A stretch of DNA of 64,000 nt from Longimicrobiales bacterium (GTDB taxonomy: Bacteria > Gemmatimonadota > Gemmatimonadetes > Longimicrobiales > Gaopeijiaceae): contig CBDCKN010000009.1 in NCBI GenBank assembly GCA_965218295.1, forward strand, positions 64,001-128,000, read 5' to 3'. The position numbers were made by a program, and so were the translations under genes. Of this stretch, positions 10,133 through 23,022 are shown piece after piece. The notes under the pieces are model-generated. The model did not search any database and was not told the DNA's origin. It worked only from the letters and a program-made list of their open reading frames with translations. How positions within the stretch are numbered: position 1 is the first letter of the stretch; each line of letters begins with the position of its first letter.

Positions 10133-10990
10133 GTGAGGATGCTCACGATCCTTCAGGGGTCGGACCTCCACTACGGGAAACCGCATCTAGCGCGTGTCGC
10201 CGCCGCCTTCCACGAGGCGGTGCGCCGGGCCGAGCCCGACGTCATCGTCCTCGCCGGCGACTTCACGCAACGGGCCAAGGTCCGGGAGTACCGGCAGGCC
10301 CGCGAGTGCCTGGATACACTGCCGGACGTTCCGGTCATCGTCACCCCGGGGAATCACGACATTCCCCTCTACCGGGTGCATGAGCGGCTTATCAACCCGC
10401 TGCGCAATTACCGCACGTACATCTCGTCCGATCTGGACAGCGTAACCCGCGTGGAGGGGGCGGTTTTCGTGGCTTTGTGCTCGGCCGAGCCGCACCGGGC
10501 TATCGTCAATGGACGGCTCAGGGGCAGGCAACTCGAGTTCGCGGCACGTATCTTCCAGGAGTGTGCCCCGGAGGACGTTCGCATCTTGGTGACGCACCAT
10601 CCGCTCGCTCGCCCGCGGGATGGTGGATCGGACAACATCCTCCCGGGAAGTGGCACGCTGCTTGACGGTTTCCGGGAGATGGGGGTCGAGCTGATCCTGA
10701 GCGGGCACCTCCACAGAAGCTACGTCGTGAGATCGTCGGGCGGGGGCTCGGTCGGCGGAGCCGTGTCGGGTGCGGAATCGGCCACTACCGACGGGGCTCA
10801 CGGAGACGTGGCTATCGTCCACAGTGGCACGGCCACATCGGACCGCGGCCGCATGGCCGAAAGGGGGAGAAACAGCTTGAACGTGCTGAAGATCGATGCC
10901 CACGAGATCGTGGTGACCCCGCATTGGTTCGAGGAGGACCAGGACCGCTTCGTCGCCCGTGCGCCCACGTACATCCCGCGGCGCTCGTGA
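10133..10990 (+). CDS. calcineurin-like metallophosphoesterase
   Basis: complete motif set SDLH, GDFT, GNHD, HHP, SGHLH. Confidence 0.9.
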   Translation: MRMLTILQGSDLHYGKPHLARVAAAFHEAVRRAEPDVIVLAGDFTQRAKVREYRQARECLDTLPDVPVIVTPGNHDIPLYRVHERLINPLRNYRTYISSDLDSVTRVEGAVFVALCSAEPHRAIVNGRLRGRQLEFAARIFQECAPEDVRILVTHHPLARPRDGGSDNILPGSGTLLDGFREMGVELILSGHLHRSYVVRSSGGGSVGGAVSGAESATTDGAHGDVAIVHSGTATSDRGRMAERGRNSLNVLKIDAHEIVVTPHWFEEDQDRFVARAPTYIPRRS

Positions 10991-11184
10991 CCCGGTTCTA
11001 CGTCCGCCGAGAACCGGGCCCGCGGGAGACCCTGGGTGCTCTGGCAGTTGCTCTGGGCGTGGGCGCCGTGTCGTTCTACTTCGTGCGCATGCTCCTGGCA
11101 CGGGAGGGCCTCGAAAGGGAGGCCCCGAAGCGGCTTCCGAAGACCGGGGCCGACCTGTCTCTCGCGGGGGACACGGACGGCTAG
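10987..11184 (+). CDS. small hypothetical single-TM protein
   Basis: GTG overlaps the upstream stop and its TAG overlaps the tamA GTG; hydrophobic segment LGALAVALGVGAVSFYFV. Confidence 0.55.
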   Translation: MTRFYVRREPGPRETLGALAVALGVGAVSFYFVRMLLAREGLEREAPKRLPKTGADLSLAGDTDG

Positions 11185-13436
11185 TGTTCCGCGCCACCCA
11201 CTTCGCGCTCGCGGCCCTGCTGGCGCTCGCAGGCTCGGGCTCCGGCACCCTGGCTGCCCAGGCCTCACAGGTGGAGCTCAGCAGCATCGAATTCAGGGGC
11301 AACGTGGCGTTCCCGGACGACTCCCTGTTCCGGGCCATCTTCAATCGCGAGACACGGTGCCGCTCGTTCGTCTTGGCTCCGTTCTGCGCTTTCGGCGCGG
11401 GGTTCAGCATCAGCCATCAGTCGCTCAATGAGCGCGAGCTTCCCGGAGACATCCTCAGGTTGCGGAGCTACTACGGCAGCCGCGGCTTCAAGGAGGCACA
11501 GGTCGATACGGTCATCACGCGGCCGGACGACGACCGGGTGTCGATCCTCTTCCAGATAGAGGAGGGACGCCCCGTTCGCGTCTCGACGCTGGACGTCGTG
11601 GGGATCGAAGGGCTGGAGGAACTGGACCTCGCCGCTGATCTGCCCATCCGGGAGGGCGACCTTCTCAGCTCCATCGACCTCGACGCGGCCCGGGACACGT
11701 TGATCCAGCGGCTCCAGAACCGCGGATATCCCCGCGCGGACGTGATGCGCACGTCTCTGGTCCCGGCCAACACGCCCTACGAAGCCCACGTGACCTTCGA
11801 TGTGGACGCGGGGCCCCGGGCCGTCTTCGGCCCGGTCACCGTCGTGGGCAGTCAGAAGCTCTCCGAGGGAGTGATCCGGCGCATGCTGCCCTTCCAGGAG
11901 GGCCAGGAGTACTCGCGGGCCCGCAGGCTCGAGGCGCAGCGCAACCTCTACTCCATCGAGATGATCCAGCACGCCTCCATAGACGAGACGGTGGATCCGG
12001 CGGGGTCGCTTCCCGATACGGTCGTGCCCCTTCAGGTCAGGGTGACCGAGGGCAACGTACACCGGGTGCGGACGGGAGCGGGGTGGAGCACCTCGGACTG
12101 CGTGAACACCGAGGGCCGGTGGACGAGCCGGAATTTCTTTGGCGGGGCGCGCCGTCTTCGGGTTCGGGCACGTCTGTCCAACCTCATGACCGAAGAGCTC
12201 CACGACGAGATCTGTGGGCAGTCGGGCGTCGGCGACTTCGGGGGCCTCAACTGGCTGGTGTCGGTCGACTTCAGCCAACCGTGGATCTTCAGCCAGCGCT
12301 TCGCCATTGGCGCGAGCTTGTTCTTCGAGCGCCAGAGCCTCCAGGACGTGTTCGTTCGCCAGGCCGTGGGTCTCGACCTGTCGTTGTCTCGTGCCGTAGG
12401 TCCGTACACGTCTCTCAGCTTCGCCTATCGGCCCCAGCTCACCCAGCTCGAGGCGGCAGAGGTCTTCTTCTGCATTACCTTCCTCGTTTGTACTCCAGAA
12501 GACATCTCCGGCCTTCAGGATCCCAACTGGCTGGCGCCGCTGGCCTTCAACGTCGTCCGTGACCGCACCAACAGCCTCCTGAACCCCAGCCAGGGCTATC
12601 ACGTGTTCTTGAATGTGGAGCACGCCTCGAGCGTCACGGGATCGGATTTCGAGTACAACCGGGTCTTCGCCGGCGTGACGAGGTATCAGCAAGCGAGCCA
12701 CGGCCAGGTTCTGGCGGTGCGCCTGCAGGGCGGCTGGATCGGTGCCGGCGCCTTCAGCCTTCTGGGCGGGCGCGCCGACATCATTCACCCGCAGAAGCGC
12801 TTCTATGCGGGAGGAGCCAACAGCGTCCGGGGCTTCGCCCAGAACCAGCTCGGACCGCGGGTCCTCACTGTGGACGTCACCGAGCTCCTCTCCTCGGTGT
12901 CGGAGACCGTGGGGCCGCCTTGCACACCCGGGCAGATCCTCGACCTCACTTGCGACGCGAATCCGCTGGATGATGGGGCCTTCGGGACTCCCCGGCCCAC
13001 CGGCGGCCGCGTGGTCGTCGAGGGAGGGCTAGAGTACCGGGTGCCTTTGGGGCCCCGGGTAGAGGCCGCCGTGTTCGCCGACTTCGGTCGGATCTGGGCC
13101 GAGGCAGAGTCCGAGGCCGTAAGCAGGTTCGAGGTGGCGCCGGGCGTGGGCGTCCGCTACATGAGCCCCATTGGGCCCATTCGCATCGACTTGGGTTACC
13201 GCTTCCGTGGGATCGAAGATCTCCAGGTCGTGACATCCCAGATCCGCCCGTTCGACCCCACGCGTGACGACGAATCGGACAGGATCACCCGCTTCGTGAA
13301 CGGCACGGAGGAGACCCTCGACTTCGTGCTCGTGGACGAGCTGGCCGTTCTGGGGCCCCCCGTGGCCTTCGGCCCCACCGGCCGATTCTCCCTGAACCGC
13401 CTTCAGCTCCACCTGAGCATCGGGCAGGCGTTCTGA
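11184..13436 (+). CDS. BamA/TamA (Omp85) family outer membrane protein
   Basis: signal peptide, POTRA-like segments, RFYAGGANSVRGF, C-terminal HLSIGQAF; adjacent to tamB. Confidence 0.9.
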   Translation: MFRATHFALAALLALAGSGSGTLAAQASQVELSSIEFRGNVAFPDDSLFRAIFNRETRCRSFVLAPFCAFGAGFSISHQSLNERELPGDILRLRSYYGSRGFKEAQVDTVITRPDDDRVSILFQIEEGRPVRVSTLDVVGIEGLEELDLAADLPIREGDLLSSIDLDAARDTLIQRLQNRGYPRADVMRTSLVPANTPYEAHVTFDVDAGPRAVFGPVTVVGSQKLSEGVIRRMLPFQEGQEYSRARRLEAQRNLYSIEMIQHASIDETVDPAGSLPDTVVPLQVRVTEGNVHRVRTGAGWSTSDCVNTEGRWTSRNFFGGARRLRVRARLSNLMTEELHDEICGQSGVGDFGGLNWLVSVDFSQPWIFSQRFAIGASLFFERQSLQDVFVRQAVGLDLSLSRAVGPYTSLSFAYRPQLTQLEAAEVFFCITFLVCTPEDISGLQDPNWLAPLAFNVVRDRTNSLLNPSQGYHVFLNVEHASSVTGSDFEYNRVFAGVTRYQQASHGQVLAVRLQGGWIGAGAFSLLGGRADIIHPQKRFYAGGANSVRGFAQNQLGPRVLTVDVTELLSSVSETVGPPCTPGQILDLTCDANPLDDGAFGTPRPTGGRVVVEGGLEYRVPLGPRVEAAVFADFGRIWAEAESEAVSRFEVAPGVGVRYMSPIGPIRIDLGYRFRGIEDLQVVTSQIRPFDPTRDDESDRITRFVNGTEETLDFVLVDELAVLGPPVAFGPTGRFSLNRLQLHLSIGQAF

Positions 13437-13437
13437 G

Positions 13438-16400
13438 ATGGGACGGGCGCGGAAGTCCGTGAGGCTCGCTGCCATCGTCCTGTTGGCCACAGGGGCCGGT
13501 GCCTTGTCGACGTTCTTTCTCCTGACGCGCACGACCGTCGGCCAAGCCCTCGTTGTCGAGGCGGTGCTGAAGCGGGTGGAGGGCGTGGTGAACGGTGAGA
13601 TCCTGGTGTCGGGGATCCGCTCCACGGGCCTCCATAGGGGGGCGAAGCTGGTGGGGGTCCAGGTCAACGCGCCCGACGGCAGTCCCCTGCTCGTGGTGGA
13701 CTCGCTGGAGGCGGAGTACTCGATCGGCAATATCCTCAAGGGTGACGTCGTCCTGGCGGGCGTCACGCTTTGGCGACCGACCTTTACGATCACGCGTTCC
13801 CGCCAGGGCGAGCGCTTCAACATTTCGGCGTTCCTGGCGGGCAGACAGGCCGGAAGCGTGGAAGCCCCATCCCATGAGCCCACCGGCGACGAGGGGGCAA
13901 CCGAAGGGGGGGCAACCGAGGACGCGGCAACCGAAGAGCGGGCCGGCGGGGAGCGGGTCGCCGTGGAGGCGGAGCCCGAAGGCGGCAGGCGGTTGGTGCT
14001 GGAAGACGTGACCATCTACGAGGGCAGTCTCGACGTGCGCTACCCTCTCTCGTCGGCACCCGGTCCTGAGTCGCGCATCGTCACGGTGCCCGCATCCGAC
14101 GGCGAGGGGCTCATGCGGAGCCTCGGATTCCGCGGGATCGACGCCCATCTGGATCGGCTCACCATCGTAGATCCCGAAGTGGAGGGCCTGCGAGTGGATG
14201 TGGGCGGGTTCGCCATGGAGGGCGAGGTCTTCCGGGATCCGGTCCGGGTCCAGGAGTTCGTTGGACGGGTGGAGTGGCTGGATGACCGCATCACGGTCAC
14301 CACCGACCGCATCAGGCTTCCGGGGACGGACGCCAGCGGGCTTGCCATCGTCGATCTCATCGAGGGGTCGCCGCCCGAGCTGACACTGGACTTTGTGGCC
14401 ACCCGCTTCGACATGGCGGACCTGCGGTGGCTGCAGCCGACCCTTCCGGACGCGCAGGGGAGTGCGGGGATCGGGGTGAACCTGGGCCCGGAGGGGCTCC
14501 AGGTCCGCTGGTCCGGGGCACACTTCGATGTGGCGGGTGGCGAGTTCGTCGGCGACGGTGTGTTCAGCCGGCCCCGTGCAGGGGAGCCGTCCCTCGAGGA
14601 CGTGTCGGTAGAGGTCTCGGGGATCCCGGTCTCCTTCCTGGCCGACTATCTCCCGTGGATGCCGCCGCTGGACGGGAAGATCCACGGGTACCTGGGCCTT
14701 TCCGGTACCCTGGACGCCCTGGCCGTGGCGGGGCGGGTGGCCCTCTTGGAGCCGGGTGCGGGACCCTCGGGTGGCGAGATCGAAGGTGTCCTGCACCTCC
14801 GCGGACCCGTGGGCGCCACGAACCTGCACGCGCGGTTCACGCCCATCGACCTCAGCCTGGTGAACCACTTCGCGAAGGGACTTCGCCTGGCCGGGGCCAT
14901 GAGCCTCGACCTCAGGGCCCACGGTCGCCTGGACGAGGGCGTGCGGATAGCGCTCGATGCCACCTATCCCGACCCCGAGTCGGAGGAGTCTCACATCTCC
15001 GTCGAGGGCAGCCTGACGGACGTGGAGGGCGAGGTGTTCGTGTTCTTGGACGGAGATCTGGAGCCGCTCTCCATCAGTGGACTGTTCGGGGAGGAGTCGC
15101 CCCTTTCCCGGCTGGGTGTGGTGCGGGGGACCGTCCACGCCGAGGGTCCCCTCTCGGCCGTGGCCCTGAGGACGGACCTTGTAACGGGCGGAGGCGAGCT
15201 CACGCTCGAGAGTCGTTTCGACGTACGATCGCCCCTGACGTCCTATCGCCTCCTGGGCGAAGCCCGTGACTTCGACGTTCGGGAAGTGCTGCCCGCACTT
15301 CCGGAAGGCACGGTCTTCTCCGGGTTCCTCGATCTCCGTGGGGAGGGAGGCGATCTCAGAACCGCCGAGCTGTCGGGTGAAGTGCAGCTGACCGCCTCTC
15401 GCTTCGCCGACCTCGATGTCGACACGGCGGCGGTCCAGCTCCGGATCTCCGGAGGCGTCCTCACGGTGGACACCGTCCAGAGCGTCATCGGTGGGGTAGC
15501 GGTGGAGGGAGCTGGGCGGCTCGCCCTGGCCGGCAGCGGATCCACCGAGGAACTCCACGTCCGATTCGAGACCGAGAACCTGGAGGGACTTCGGCCCCTG
15601 CTCCTGGGACCCAACGTCATCGCCAGGGACACCCTCTCGGCTCTCGAGCTCACCATCCTGGCTCTTGAGGACATCGATCCCGACACCCTGCCCACGCTGG
15701 CGCAGGTCTTCGTGTCGGGGCGCCTGGACGGGGGCCTCACGCTGGCCGGTTCCCTGGAGGACCTCGACGTCTCGGGGCAGGCTCGTCTGGAGGACGGCCG
15801 CTATGGGGACAGCCGGGTGGGAGACGCCGCCGTTTCGTTCTCGGCCACCGGCCTGTTCTCGCAGGCGCGGGAAATCGAGGCGCAGATAGACGGGGGCGAG
15901 GTGCGCTTCCTCGACCGGGCCTTCGACTCCATTTCCGTGCGCCTGGAGTACCAGGAGCCCCGGGGCCGCGTGAACCTGTTCGTCGTTCGGTCCGAAGAGG
16001 AGAGCTACCAGGCCCGGGTGGCGTTCGAGCTGGAAGACGCGGTACGGACCCTCCACCTCGACGAGCTGGTCCTGCGCTTCCCCGACGAGCGGTGGAACCT
16101 GGGAGGTCCGGCCACGATCTCGTGGGATCCGGACGGGCTCACCTTCCGGGACCTGCGGGTGATCCGCCCAGGTGTCGGCGGTATGCGCCTCGGGGCCGAG
16201 GGCCGCCTGCCGTTCGAGGGTGAAGCAGACCTCGACCTGAGCGTTCAGGGTCTCGACGTCAGCCGCATCGCACACGTGCTGCAGATGAGCGAGCGCCTGG
16301 AGGGAGTGGTGGACGTGGAGCTCGAGGTCACCGGAAGCGACGTCGAGCCGGTCATGTCCGGGACGCTCTCCGCGGCGGACTTCCGCTTCCGGGAGTTCGA

Positions 16401-18003
16401 GTTCGACCTCCTAGTGGGGGCCTGGGACTACGAGAACCGGACCGCCACGGGCGGGATCGAGCTCTGGAAGGACACGGTGCAGGTCCTTACCGTGAGCGGG
16501 AAGCTGCCCCTGGATCTGGCCTTCCACGCCGTGCTGGATCGGATCCCCGACGAGCCCATCGATCTCGTGGTCGCCTCACGGCAGCTGCCGCTCTCTCTGC
16601 TCATGGCGCCGTTCGAGAGCTACCAGGAAGTGGAGGGCACCCTGTCCGGGCGCGTCGAACTGGGAGGCACGACGGAGAGCCTGGCCCCCATCGGCCAACT
16701 CACCTTGTCCGAGGCCGGTGCCTTCCTACGGGGCCTCGGGGTCCGTTACCAGGATCTGAACGGGACGCTGGACTGGTTCCCCGACGGTCGGGTGGAGGTG
16801 GACGGCAGCGTCCGGGCTTTGGGAACGGCCAGCGTGCAGGGGACCGTGACCCTGGCACCGGCTTCCGATCCGGGCTTCGACCTGTCGGTGAATCTCGACG
16901 CCTTCCAGGGGATCGACCGTCGAGACGTCACCGGCCGCCTGAGCGGGGACTTCCGGGTGGGTGGGTCGTACCGGCGCCCCGTGGTCTCCGGCGATCTCCG
17001 GGTGGACGAGGGGACGCTGTTCGTGGAGGAGTTCCAGCGCGCCGCCGAGATCGTGGACCTTTCGGATCCCGCCTTCTACGAGGTGGTGGATACGTCGGTA
17101 GTGGATCTCCGTCCGCTCCTGGCCGGACAGAATGCCTTCCTGCGGAACATCCGCATGGAGAACATGACCCTGACGGTGCAGCGCAACAGCTGGATCCGCA
17201 GCGACCGCATGGACGTGGAGCTCGACGGCGAGCTCCAGGTGCTCTACGACCGCCTCACGCAAGACCTGGCCATGGTGGGCACGCTGGAGGCGGTGCGCGG
17301 ATCGTACGGGGCCTTCGGGAGACAGTTCCAGGTGGACGGGGGCACCCTGCGCTTCCTCGGGACACCCGGCATCAACCCCGATCTGAACATCCAGGCGAGC
17401 AATCGCGTCCGCTCCGCCCAGGGAGATCGCTTCACCATCACGGCCGCCGTAACGGGTACTCTGGTCTCGCCTCGGATCGGCCTCACCAGCGACCAGGCGG
17501 GCGTCACCGAGGACGACCTCCTCAGCTACCTCTACTTCGGCCGGCCCACCTACGCCTTGACCTCGGGCCAGACTCAGGCTCTGGGGGCCGCCGGTGCCCT
17601 GCTGGGCTCGGGTGTGACACTGGGTCTCAGCACGTTCAGCAACCGCCTCGGATCGGCGGTCGCCCAGGAGCTGGGCGTGGACTACCTGTCCATCACGCAG
17701 CAGGACCTCGGAGCTCTGGGTGACGCCAGCCTGCGAGGAACGCTGGGCACGACCGTCGTGGAAACGGGCTTCTACCTGGCCGACGACTTCTTCGTCACTC
17801 TGCTCCTCAGGCTGCTGGCCAACCAGGGCGCGGGGAGCCAGTTCGCGGGCATCCGCTTCGAGTGGGTGGCCTCCAACGCCTACACCATCGAGTCCTTCTT
17901 CGAGGACCGCTTCTTCCGGGGGCGGGTGGTGGGCTTCAACGAGTTGGGCATCCAGAACGAGAAGGGGGTCGGCCTGTTCATCTTCCGCGAGTGGGCGTAC
18001 TAG
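13438..18003 (+). CDS. translocation/assembly module TamB-like protein
   Basis: 1521 aa, N-terminal anchor, beta-rich AsmA-like body, C-terminal TamB-like segment (NPDLNIQA, GTLVSPRIGLTSD). Confidence 0.88.
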   Translation: MGRARKSVRLAAIVLLATGAGALSTFFLLTRTTVGQALVVEAVLKRVEGVVNGEILVSGIRSTGLHRGAKLVGVQVNAPDGSPLLVVDSLEAEYSIGNILKGDVVLAGVTLWRPTFTITRSRQGERFNISAFLAGRQAGSVEAPSHEPTGDEGATEGGATEDAATEERAGGERVAVEAEPEGGRRLVLEDVTIYEGSLDVRYPLSSAPGPESRIVTVPASDGEGLMRSLGFRGIDAHLDRLTIVDPEVEGLRVDVGGFAMEGEVFRDPVRVQEFVGRVEWLDDRITVTTDRIRLPGTDASGLAIVDLIEGSPPELTLDFVATRFDMADLRWLQPTLPDAQGSAGIGVNLGPEGLQVRWSGAHFDVAGGEFVGDGVFSRPRAGEPSLEDVSVEVSGIPVSFLADYLPWMPPLDGKIHGYLGLSGTLDALAVAGRVALLEPGAGPSGGEIEGVLHLRGPVGATNLHARFTPIDLSLVNHFAKGLRLAGAMSLDLRAHGRLDEGVRIALDATYPDPESEESHISVEGSLTDVEGEVFVFLDGDLEPLSISGLFGEESPLSRLGVVRGTVHAEGPLSAVALRTDLVTGGGELTLESRFDVRSPLTSYRLLGEARDFDVREVLPALPEGTVFSGFLDLRGEGGDLRTAELSGEVQLTASRFADLDVDTAAVQLRISGGVLTVDTVQSVIGGVAVEGAGRLALAGSGSTEELHVRFETENLEGLRPLLLGPNVIARDTLSALELTILALEDIDPDTLPTLAQVFVSGRLDGGLTLAGSLEDLDVSGQARLEDGRYGDSRVGDAAVSFSATGLFSQAREIEAQIDGGEVRFLDRAFDSISVRLEYQEPRGRVNLFVVRSEEESYQARVAFELEDAVRTLHLDELVLRFPDERWNLGGPATISWDPDGLTFRDLRVIRPGVGGMRLGAEGRLPFEGEADLDLSVQGLDVSRIAHVLQMSERLEGVVDVELEVTGSDVEPVMSGTLSAADFRFREFEFDLLVGAWDYENRTATGGIELWKDTVQVLTVSGKLPLDLAFHAVLDRIPDEPIDLVVASRQLPLSLLMAPFESYQEVEGTLSGRVELGGTTESLAPIGQLTLSEAGAFLRGLGVRYQDLNGTLDWFPDGRVEVDGSVRALGTASVQGTVTLAPASDPGFDLSVNLDAFQGIDRRDVTGRLSGDFRVGGSYRRPVVSGDLRVDEGTLFVEEFQRAAEIVDLSDPAFYEVVDTSVVDLRPLLAGQNAFLRNIRMENMTLTVQRNSWIRSDRMDVELDGELQVLYDRLTQDLAMVGTLEAVRGSYGAFGRQFQVDGGTLRFLGTPGINPDLNIQASNRVRSAQGDRFTITAAVTGTLVSPRIGLTSDQAGVTEDDLLSYLYFGRPTYALTSGQTQALGAAGALLGSGVTLGLSTFSNRLGSAVAQELGVDYLSITQQDLGALGDASLRGTLGTTVVETGFYLADDFFVTLLLRLLANQGAGSQFAGIRFEWVASNAYTIESFFEDRFFRGRVVGFNELGIQNEKGVGLFIFREWAY

Positions 18004-18025
18004 GTGCTCCAAGGAGGTAACCGTG

Positions 18026-19261
18026 ATGGGCAAGACAGAATCACGAGGTCAAGGCGGGTCGGGCCAGCACGCCCACCGGGTCCAAGGCCCTGAACCGGAA
18101 GGCCTGGAGCGGCATCCGGAAATCCCGTCGAACCTGAAGGAGGCGCTTCAATGGTATAAGTCCATGGTCACCGCTACCAGCGATCTCACGGTGTTTGTTG
18201 ATTCTACGTATACATATCGGGCGGTGAACCAAGCCTACTGCGATGAACACGGGCGGACTGAGGAGGAGATTCTCGGACACACCGTAGCCGAAGTGTTTGG
18301 AGAGAAGGCTTTTGAGACCACGCTGAAGCCCCACTTCGATCGCTGTCTATCGGGTGAGCAGGTGACGTTCGAGTTCTGGTGGAACTCGCCAGGTCGGGGC
18401 CGTCGGCACATCGATGCGCGGTACCACCCGTTCTTCGAGGCCGATGGCTCAGTGTCGGGGGTTGTGGTGGATGCGCGCGATACGACCGATCGGAAGGAAA
18501 TTGAGGAACAGCTTGAACAGTCGGTCGTGGCACTCGAAGTGGCGAATCGGGAGCTAGAGACGTTTAGCGACGCCCTAGCGCACGATCTGAAGAACCCGTT
18601 GCTGACCGTGACCCAGTTCAGCGAGTACCTCGACGAAGCCCTCGGCAACTCGCTCGATGAACAGCTGGCGGACTACCTACAGCGCATTCGGGCCGCGGGC
18701 CGGCACATGATGCACATCATCGACGACTTTCGCGACCTCGCTGACGTGAACCGAGTCGAGATCAGTCGAGAGGAAATCGACTTATCATCGTTGGGTCGAG
18801 AGATCATCGACGATTTGAGTGCGCTGGTCCCGGATCGCAACGTGAGGTTCGAGGCGGAGCCTGGAATCACGGCCGTTGGGGACAAGACGCTTTTGAGGAT
18901 TCTCCTGACCAACCTGCTCCAAAACGCATGGAAGTACACCGGTCCTAGCGATGACGCTCGGATCGAGCTGGGCGTCGACGAGGACGAGAGTGATGTCCCG
19001 ACCTACCACGTTCGGGACAATGGGATCGGCTTCGACAACGCCGACCGTGAGCGAATCTTCCGAGCCTTCGAGCGGCTCCATAGCAAGGGGGAGTTCGCAG
19101 GGAGCGGACTCGGGCTGGCCACCGTGGAGCGAGTCGTGCGTCGCCACAGCGGACGAGTGTGGGCCGAGGGCATCCTAGGAGAGGGGGCGATCTTCCGTTT
19201 CACTCTTGAACCTGAATCGATAGACGCGCACAGGGCGGACCACCAGCCCTTGGACGGGTAG
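18026..19261 (+). CDS. PAS-domain sensor histidine kinase (soluble, orphan)
   Basis: SD AAGGAGGT at 18011; PAS region, AHDLKNPL H-box, NLLQNAWKY N-box, DNGIGF, GSGLGLA. Confidence 0.92.
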   Translation: MGKTESRGQGGSGQHAHRVQGPEPEGLERHPEIPSNLKEALQWYKSMVTATSDLTVFVDSTYTYRAVNQAYCDEHGRTEEEILGHTVAEVFGEKAFETTLKPHFDRCLSGEQVTFEFWWNSPGRGRRHIDARYHPFFEADGSVSGVVVDARDTTDRKEIEEQLEQSVVALEVANRELETFSDALAHDLKNPLLTVTQFSEYLDEALGNSLDEQLADYLQRIRAAGRHMMHIIDDFRDLADVNRVEISREEIDLSSLGREIIDDLSALVPDRNVRFEAEPGITAVGDKTLLRILLTNLLQNAWKYTGPSDDARIELGVDEDESDVPTYHVRDNGIGFDNADRERIFRAFERLHSKGEFAGSGLGLATVERVVRRHSGRVWAEGILGEGAIFRFTLEPESIDAHRADHQPLDG

Positions 19262-19431
19262 CGAGGAGATGTCTCAGGAGCCCGTCTATCGTGAGATCCG
19301 ACCTCAGTTCGAGCCCTTGGTCACGCGACACGAGCGCCGCTTCTCCCGTGTGCCGGAGTTGGAGGTGATCGGCTACGCGTAGCGGCGCGCAGGACGGTCA
19401 GGCGGAACTCCCACCTCGTGTCACCCCCCCT

Positions 19432-19460
19432 TTGAACCGAAGCCGCGTCTTCGGTATCCT
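19432..19460 (+). promoter_or_regulatory. putative sigma70 promoter of uvrA with a palindrome in the spacer
   Basis: TTGAAC-N17-TATCCT ending 8 nt before the ATG; CCGAAG-N6-CTTCGG at 19437-19454. Confidence 0.5.
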
Positions 19461-19468
19461 AAAAGGCT

Positions 19469-22354
<2,886 letters not shown>

Positions 22355-22585
22355 CGTCGGTGAGGACCGTGGTTTTGCGGCACACGGGAAACGGAGGAGT
22401 CGCGGCGGGATGGCCGTTCGTGTTAGACTAGCAATCTCGCCTCATGCGACCCTTTTGACCGCTTTGAGCGTCTAAGAAACCGCGGCATCCGATAGACCGT
22501 AGGGATAACCGCCCCTCGTCGGAGGGGTCCAGCTACAGTTTGCCGGCGGCCGGTGCTCCGGTCGCCCTGAACCACGGAGTCGATC

Positions 22586-23017
22586 ATGGTAACCCGAGAG
22601 GATCTCGAGAGCTTCCTCATTCGGATGGACCTGGAGTACGAAGAGGTGGATGAGGGGATGTTTCTCGTGCGAGGCGGGAACGGGGCGGTGGTGGTCCACC
22701 ACTCGGAGCCTGTCCTTCTGCTCCGCCTCAACGTCATGGACCTTCCTGGCGAAGGGGATCTGACGGACTTGTATCGGGCGCTCCTCGAATGGAACGCTAC
22801 GGACATGGTTCACGGGGCGTACGGCATCGAGGAAGGGGAGATCATCCTCAGCGATACCCTCGAGCTGCAGACGCTGGACTACGAGGAGGTACAGGCGTCG
22901 GTCGAGAGTCTCCAATACGCCGCCTCGAGCCACCTCGGCAAGATCAAATCTCTCGCCGGGGTTGATGGTGGCGGTTCAGATGCGTCCGATGATAGCGGTT
23001 CGGAAGGAGAGGGCTGA
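22586..23017 (+). CDS. CesT/YbjN-like chaperone-fold protein
   Basis: small acidic protein with LLEWNATDMVHGAYGI; 5 nt upstream of pspA. Confidence 0.65.
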   Translation: MVTREDLESFLIRMDLEYEEVDEGMFLVRGGNGAVVVHHSEPVLLLRLNVMDLPGEGDLTDLYRALLEWNATDMVHGAYGIEEGEIILSDTLELQTLDYEEVQASVESLQYAASSHLGKIKSLAGVDGGGSDASDDSGSEGEG

Positions 23018-23022
23018 GGCAA

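Noticed and set aside
13285..16275. 996-aa antisense ORF and many other long overlapping ORFs (e.g. 7810-9447, 19421-21148, 29257-31065, 42574-44001)
   Set aside because: Shadow ORFs expected at high GC opposite well-supported genes; no recognisable motifs.
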